From NCBI RefSeq assembly GCF_009914755.1, contig NC_060926.1: 64,000 nucleotides of DNA. One strand, written 5' to 3'. This document shows positions 59,578-64,000 of this stretch, in pieces. Position numbers and translations under genes: made by a program. The DNA is from the human T2T-CHM13v2.0 reference genome, Homo sapiens. Every line of letters starts with the position of its first letter. Positions within the stretch are counted from its first letter, which is position 1. Under the pieces are notes generated by a model. That model made no database searches and had not been told where the DNA came from. It saw only the letters and a program-made list of their open reading frames with translations.

Positions 59578-59775
59578 AGCCTGGGCAACATAGACCCTGT
59601 CTCTGAAAAGAAAAATTAACTGGGCATGGTGATGTGTGCCTATAATTCTAGCTATTCAGAGGCTGAAGCGGGCGAATGGCTTGAGCCAAGGAGTTTTGAG
59701 GCTATAGTGAGCCATGACTGCACCATTGCACTCCAGTCTGGGCAACAGAGTGAGATCTTGTCTTTAAAAAAGAAA
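59578..59775 (+). mobile_element. 5'-truncated AluJ (mostly right arm)
   Basis: Starts at 'agcctgggcaacatag'; TSD ATCAGCATTA on both sides. Confidence 0.85.
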
Positions 59776-60000
59776 ATCAGCATTAGCTAAGATTATTGTT
59801 ATTTAATTTACTATTTTAAAATGGCCTCTATAAGAATTTAATTATTTTAATATGGCATGCCTCACCAGCCTCCCTTATGCCATCCTCTCCTACACTCCCT
59901 GCTCTAGCCTTTTAATTCCCTGAGCAAGTAAGCCCCTAGAAACTTCTCTATATGCTATTCTCTCTATCCAAAATGTTCTTGCCCCAAACTTCCCCACCTC

Positions 60001-60273
60001 CAGTGCCGACTTATCCAAAAGGCACAGTAAGCGCAGTGCCTAGGGTTCACAAAATTTTAAGGGGTCCACAAAAATGTTTAAATTTATTTTAAAATAAGAA
60101 AACAAAGGACTTCTAGGTAAAAGAAAACATTTCAGTATACAGTATTAACTAACATATTCATCTTTTTACCATGTAAGTTGCAAAATATGATTTTTAGTTT
60201 TATTTTTTATGCTGAAAGGGGCCCATGATGGCAGAAGTACCTAGGGCCCATAAAAATGATAATGCAGCTCTTG
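60001..60273 (+). mobile_element. hAT-Tip100 MITE (ORSL-like) within an L2
   Basis: 'cagtgccgacttatcc...aggcacagtaagcgcagtgcctaggg' and 'cctagggcccat...taatgcagctcttg'; L2-like flanks ~59850-60560. Confidence 0.65.
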
Positions 60274-61534
60274 CCTACCCTACCCCCCAATGCCACTTTT
60301 ACTAGTAGAATCCTACTCATCCCTCAGGTTTCAATGAAAATGCCCCTTCTTCAGGGAAGCTTTGTCTGATTCTTCCAGATTATGTGAAATCCCCTGAAAT
60401 ATGCAAGCCCATCACCTTGTACGATGGAAATAAAATAAGTAATTGTATAATGCTGTGTTTAAAGAAATCAGGAACTGAGCCTACCTTGTTTAACACTATA
60501 TCCCCAGCACAAAGCACAATGCCTTGTATGGAGTGATATTAGACCCTGAAGGACTGATCATCTTTCACTGTGACTCTCTTATGCCCTTGTATCCAGTGGT
60601 TGTTCCTCCCCATACCTTTTTGCACACAACTTTAGCCCGTACCTGTTCCTCTCCTTCCCTCTTGATAAAATCTAGATTGCCCAAACAGTGGGTACAAATC
60701 AGCAAGGACAATTCCTCCCTCTTGCAAGAACTATCCCTGGTTAACTCTTCCTCAAACTAGTCAGACTTTGGCTGATCCTCCTATACATTTCAACTCACTT
60801 TAAATTAGAATACACCTTTGAAGCCTTCTCATATTCAGTATTTTCAAATAAAGGTTTATATGCCCTGGCTAATTTTGTTCCACAGTGGCCATTCAATGAA
60901 GTCACACCGAATAAATTGCTGCTACATAAATTATAGGCTTGGTGTCTTGGAATAATTAAGAAATTTTTTGAGAGTAGTCTTGCAAATCTAAACATACTAA
61001 GTAATAGCTAACATGACAGTGAGAAATAATCCTAATAAGAATTTCAGTGTAAGTAGATTCAATTGTTTTTATTTGTGTTAACAGAAGGGGTTGCTGGTGT
61101 AGACATTCCAACATTGTGAGAAATATCCACATGGCTCTGTTGTGGGTTTTTTGTTCTTGCATTCGAACTTGGATTTTACGTTTTGGGGAGACTTTAGAAG
61201 TCACCAGAAAGTTGTCCAGTTTTCCTATCTTGCTCACAGTTCAGAACTGGTTTGCTTTCAATGTACATAACAGCCCCTGGAATAATGTTTGACAAATAGT
61301 AGGGCTTCAATAATTATTTGCTGAATTAACAGAACTAATACCATTTCGAACTAGTCAGGCTCAACTAGAAACAGGAGGAAGGAAGGGTAGCTTAAAAAAC
61401 ATCCAAGCCCTATATTTTTGCTTTGATTTATTTTATTATATTTAATTTATTCTAAAAATGAAATAGAAATCATGAGATTTTATGTTTTATCAAGGAAAAT
61501 AGAAGAATAGATTTCAAATGGTAAAAAAAAGGTC

Positions 61535-61750
61535 TCAGTAGTTAAAAAGCGCTACGCTAAATTTTAGGTTTCTGTAAGTGGGGTACATTTTAGTCCAATT
61601 TTCTGATCCTAGATTTACCAATGCTATTTAATCTCATTGAGTCTCTTATTGACTCAGTTTCCCATTTGTAAAATGGGGATAATGGCTAATGATGGAGTTA
61701 TGAATTAATATATGAGTCAGAATAGTGTTGGTATACAGTAAGCCCTATTT
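61535..61750 (+). mobile_element. MIR
   Basis: 'ctcagtttcccatttgtaaaatggggataat' MIR core. Confidence 0.75.
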
Positions 61751-63524
61751 AAAGCCTATTCTCCTTCATATCATCAGATTGTTACTACTGCACTTATATT
61801 TTTATTATTATCATCATCATTACTCTGTAAATTGAGTGAGATAAGTAAATGTTTTGGTTTGTTAAATTCCCCCCTTTACTATTTATTATGTAAATATGTT
61901 TTTAAAAAGTGGGTGTCATTCACACAACTTAAGTCACAACGTGTTAATGACGGAGAAGAAAACAGCATTAATATGACAGCAGGAAACTGAGGTTCTGGTA
62001 AATAAAAATACATAATTAGCCATGAATTCAAGACTTCAGAGCTTTCAAAATAGCCACACTAACCAGTTCATAATTTTGCATGTTTAGATCTGGCTAAAAG
62101 AATATTTTTGGCAATATACAATAAGTCACAATTCTCTGAAATACAAATTTGCCATGAAAATCTAATAAAAATGAGAGAGAAAATTTGTTCTCTTAAATCT
62201 TATATTACTTCCATTGAATACACACCTAACATAGTAGAACACAATTTCAGTAGTGATTTTGGGGTTACAATTTTCACATGTAATTCCTTCTGCAGGTAAA
62301 TAAAAATATAAACCCAGAACAGTAAAAATAACATAAGGTAACAGTAAAAGCCTACCAAGGCTTTTGTTTAGGTAAACATTTATCTTAACACTGGAGCTTC
62401 GGAATCCTGAGAAGACCCTTGGGATAAAGTGACAGACACAGGTTTGATTCTTCCTGGTATTTCAAACAATGCCCCCATAACCTAAGGACAATTTTTTGAG
62501 GATAAATGACTGGCTAGGAGCACCAATGTCCTCAGGCCTTGCTTGGGGCCTGTAATCTCACCTAATCATTATTCACTATCCCCCAGAAAAGCCTCAAGCT
62601 AAAATTGTGATTGCTATTTAGAACTAAACTTGCAAATTCATTTTTGAACATCCGTTCTTCTGCCCTCATGACTTCATTTTTTGTTTAATTCATGTGCACC
62701 ATTACATAGCAGCTGCACTAAGCATTAAAACCTACAGCAACAGTCAATGTGTTCTGAGTGCTGGCCTTCTTTATTCATTTATAAAAAGATATTCTGATAA
62801 CAAAAATGCCTAAGGATTACATTGCATAATTCATGCAACTGGATATCTAGTCATTAAAGGGGATAGGAAATGCAGTGATAGTGGGCAATAGTTCAGTAAA
62901 CTCAGAATTTTGCAATACAGTTTTTATAAGCCAGCTTTTACTGGAAAAATCAAAATAATTTTTATAAGTGCAAAAATAAGTTTAGAATGCAATGGTCTCT
63001 GAAAACCAGGGGATAAGCTAGAGTAAAATCAGGCTACAAATTTCCTTAATGAGACCTTTCAGTTTTTCTTGCATGGGATGTAAAATATATTATTTCTTAG
63101 CATCTATCCTGCTAAAACTTCCCATTTTTGCTTTGTTTCTAGGATTGAGCATTGCAGTCCTTTCCCTGTTCTTCCAGTAACTGTCTGCTTCAGTTGATAG
63201 TGAGACACAATTTCTTACTGATTATCATATTTAAGTCTCTTTTATCTCTTTTTATATGCAATGCTATTCTTTTTCTAGTTGAGGCTGACTTTGTTCTTTC
63301 CTCATTGAATAAGAACCACAACTGACAATATTGTGAACTCTTACTGCCATTAGTTATTATGCAATATTTTCCAATTTCCTATGATGAGCTATTACATTCA
63401 CTAGCAAACCTTAACAGAAGACCTCAAGGTATTGCTTTCTTTTAGTTTTTAATACCTTAAAAACTAATCAGATATTCATCACATATAATAACACATGAAA
63501 TTTTGTATTCTATTTAATCCAAGG

Positions 63525-64000
63525 ACTTTTTTTCATTTCAAATATACAATTTAATATTTTTTACAATTTGGGGTTGTGCACCCATCGTCACAGTTAATTT
63601 CAGAGCATTTTCATCACTCCAAAAAGAAATCCTATAAACACTGGTATTCACTTTTTCCACAAATCCCCCAGTCCCAGGCAGGCAACCACTAATCTACTGC
63701 CTCTGTGGATTTGCCTGCTCTAGACATTTCAGATAAATGTGATCATAAAATATGTGGCCTTTTGTGACCGGCTTGATTTACTTAATATAATAATTTTAAG
63801 GTTCATCCATACTGTACAGGAATCAGTACATCATCTCTTTTTATTGCTAAATAATATTCCATTGTATGTACATACCATATTTTATTTATGCATTCATCAG
63901 CTGATGGACATTTGGGTTGTTTCCACTTTTTGGCTACTATAAGTAATGCTGCTGCACACACTTGTGTACAAATATTAGTGTATTTATATATTTTTATTTC
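63525..64000 (-). mobile_element. L1MB-like 3' end, runs off the window
   Basis: 'cattttcatcactccaaaaagaaatcc', 'ggcaaccactaatctact', 'ctgatggacatttgggttgtttccac'. Confidence 0.85.

Overview
Primate genomic DNA, almost certainly human (it carries two AluYa5 elements). The window is AT-rich and dominated by interspersed repeats, with no intact protein-coding gene, CRISPR array or prokaryotic feature. The long ORFs are L1 ORF1/ORF2 remnants, Alu translations or microsatellite artefacts. Main contents: a decayed processed pseudogene of USP12 (minus, ~7.8-9.15 kb); a MER31/MER67-like ERV1 provirus (~16.95-27.54 kb) holding a nested AluYa5, a full-length L1PA7 and an Alu that itself carries a 35-nt tailless 5S rRNA retrocopy with a 20-bp TSD; and a near-full-length L1PA3-like element (35.25-41.26 kb) with the 5'UTR ZNF93-site deletion, a start at about +15 inside the YY1 motif and an open ORF0. 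There are also older L1s, solo LTRs, DNA transposons, about 20 Alus, MIR/L2 pieces and microsatellites. Nearly all L1s and LTRs lie on the minus strand, which suggests an intron of a plus-strand gene. I found no convincing new biological system. The most interesting signals are mechanistic fossils: microhomology-primed 5S rRNA retrotransposition, a possibly cap-derived G on the shortened L1, and several short segments copied from 0.1-2 kb away. Repeat subfamily calls come from remembered consensus sequences and need RepeatMasker/Dfam confirmation; boundaries of old repeats are approximate.
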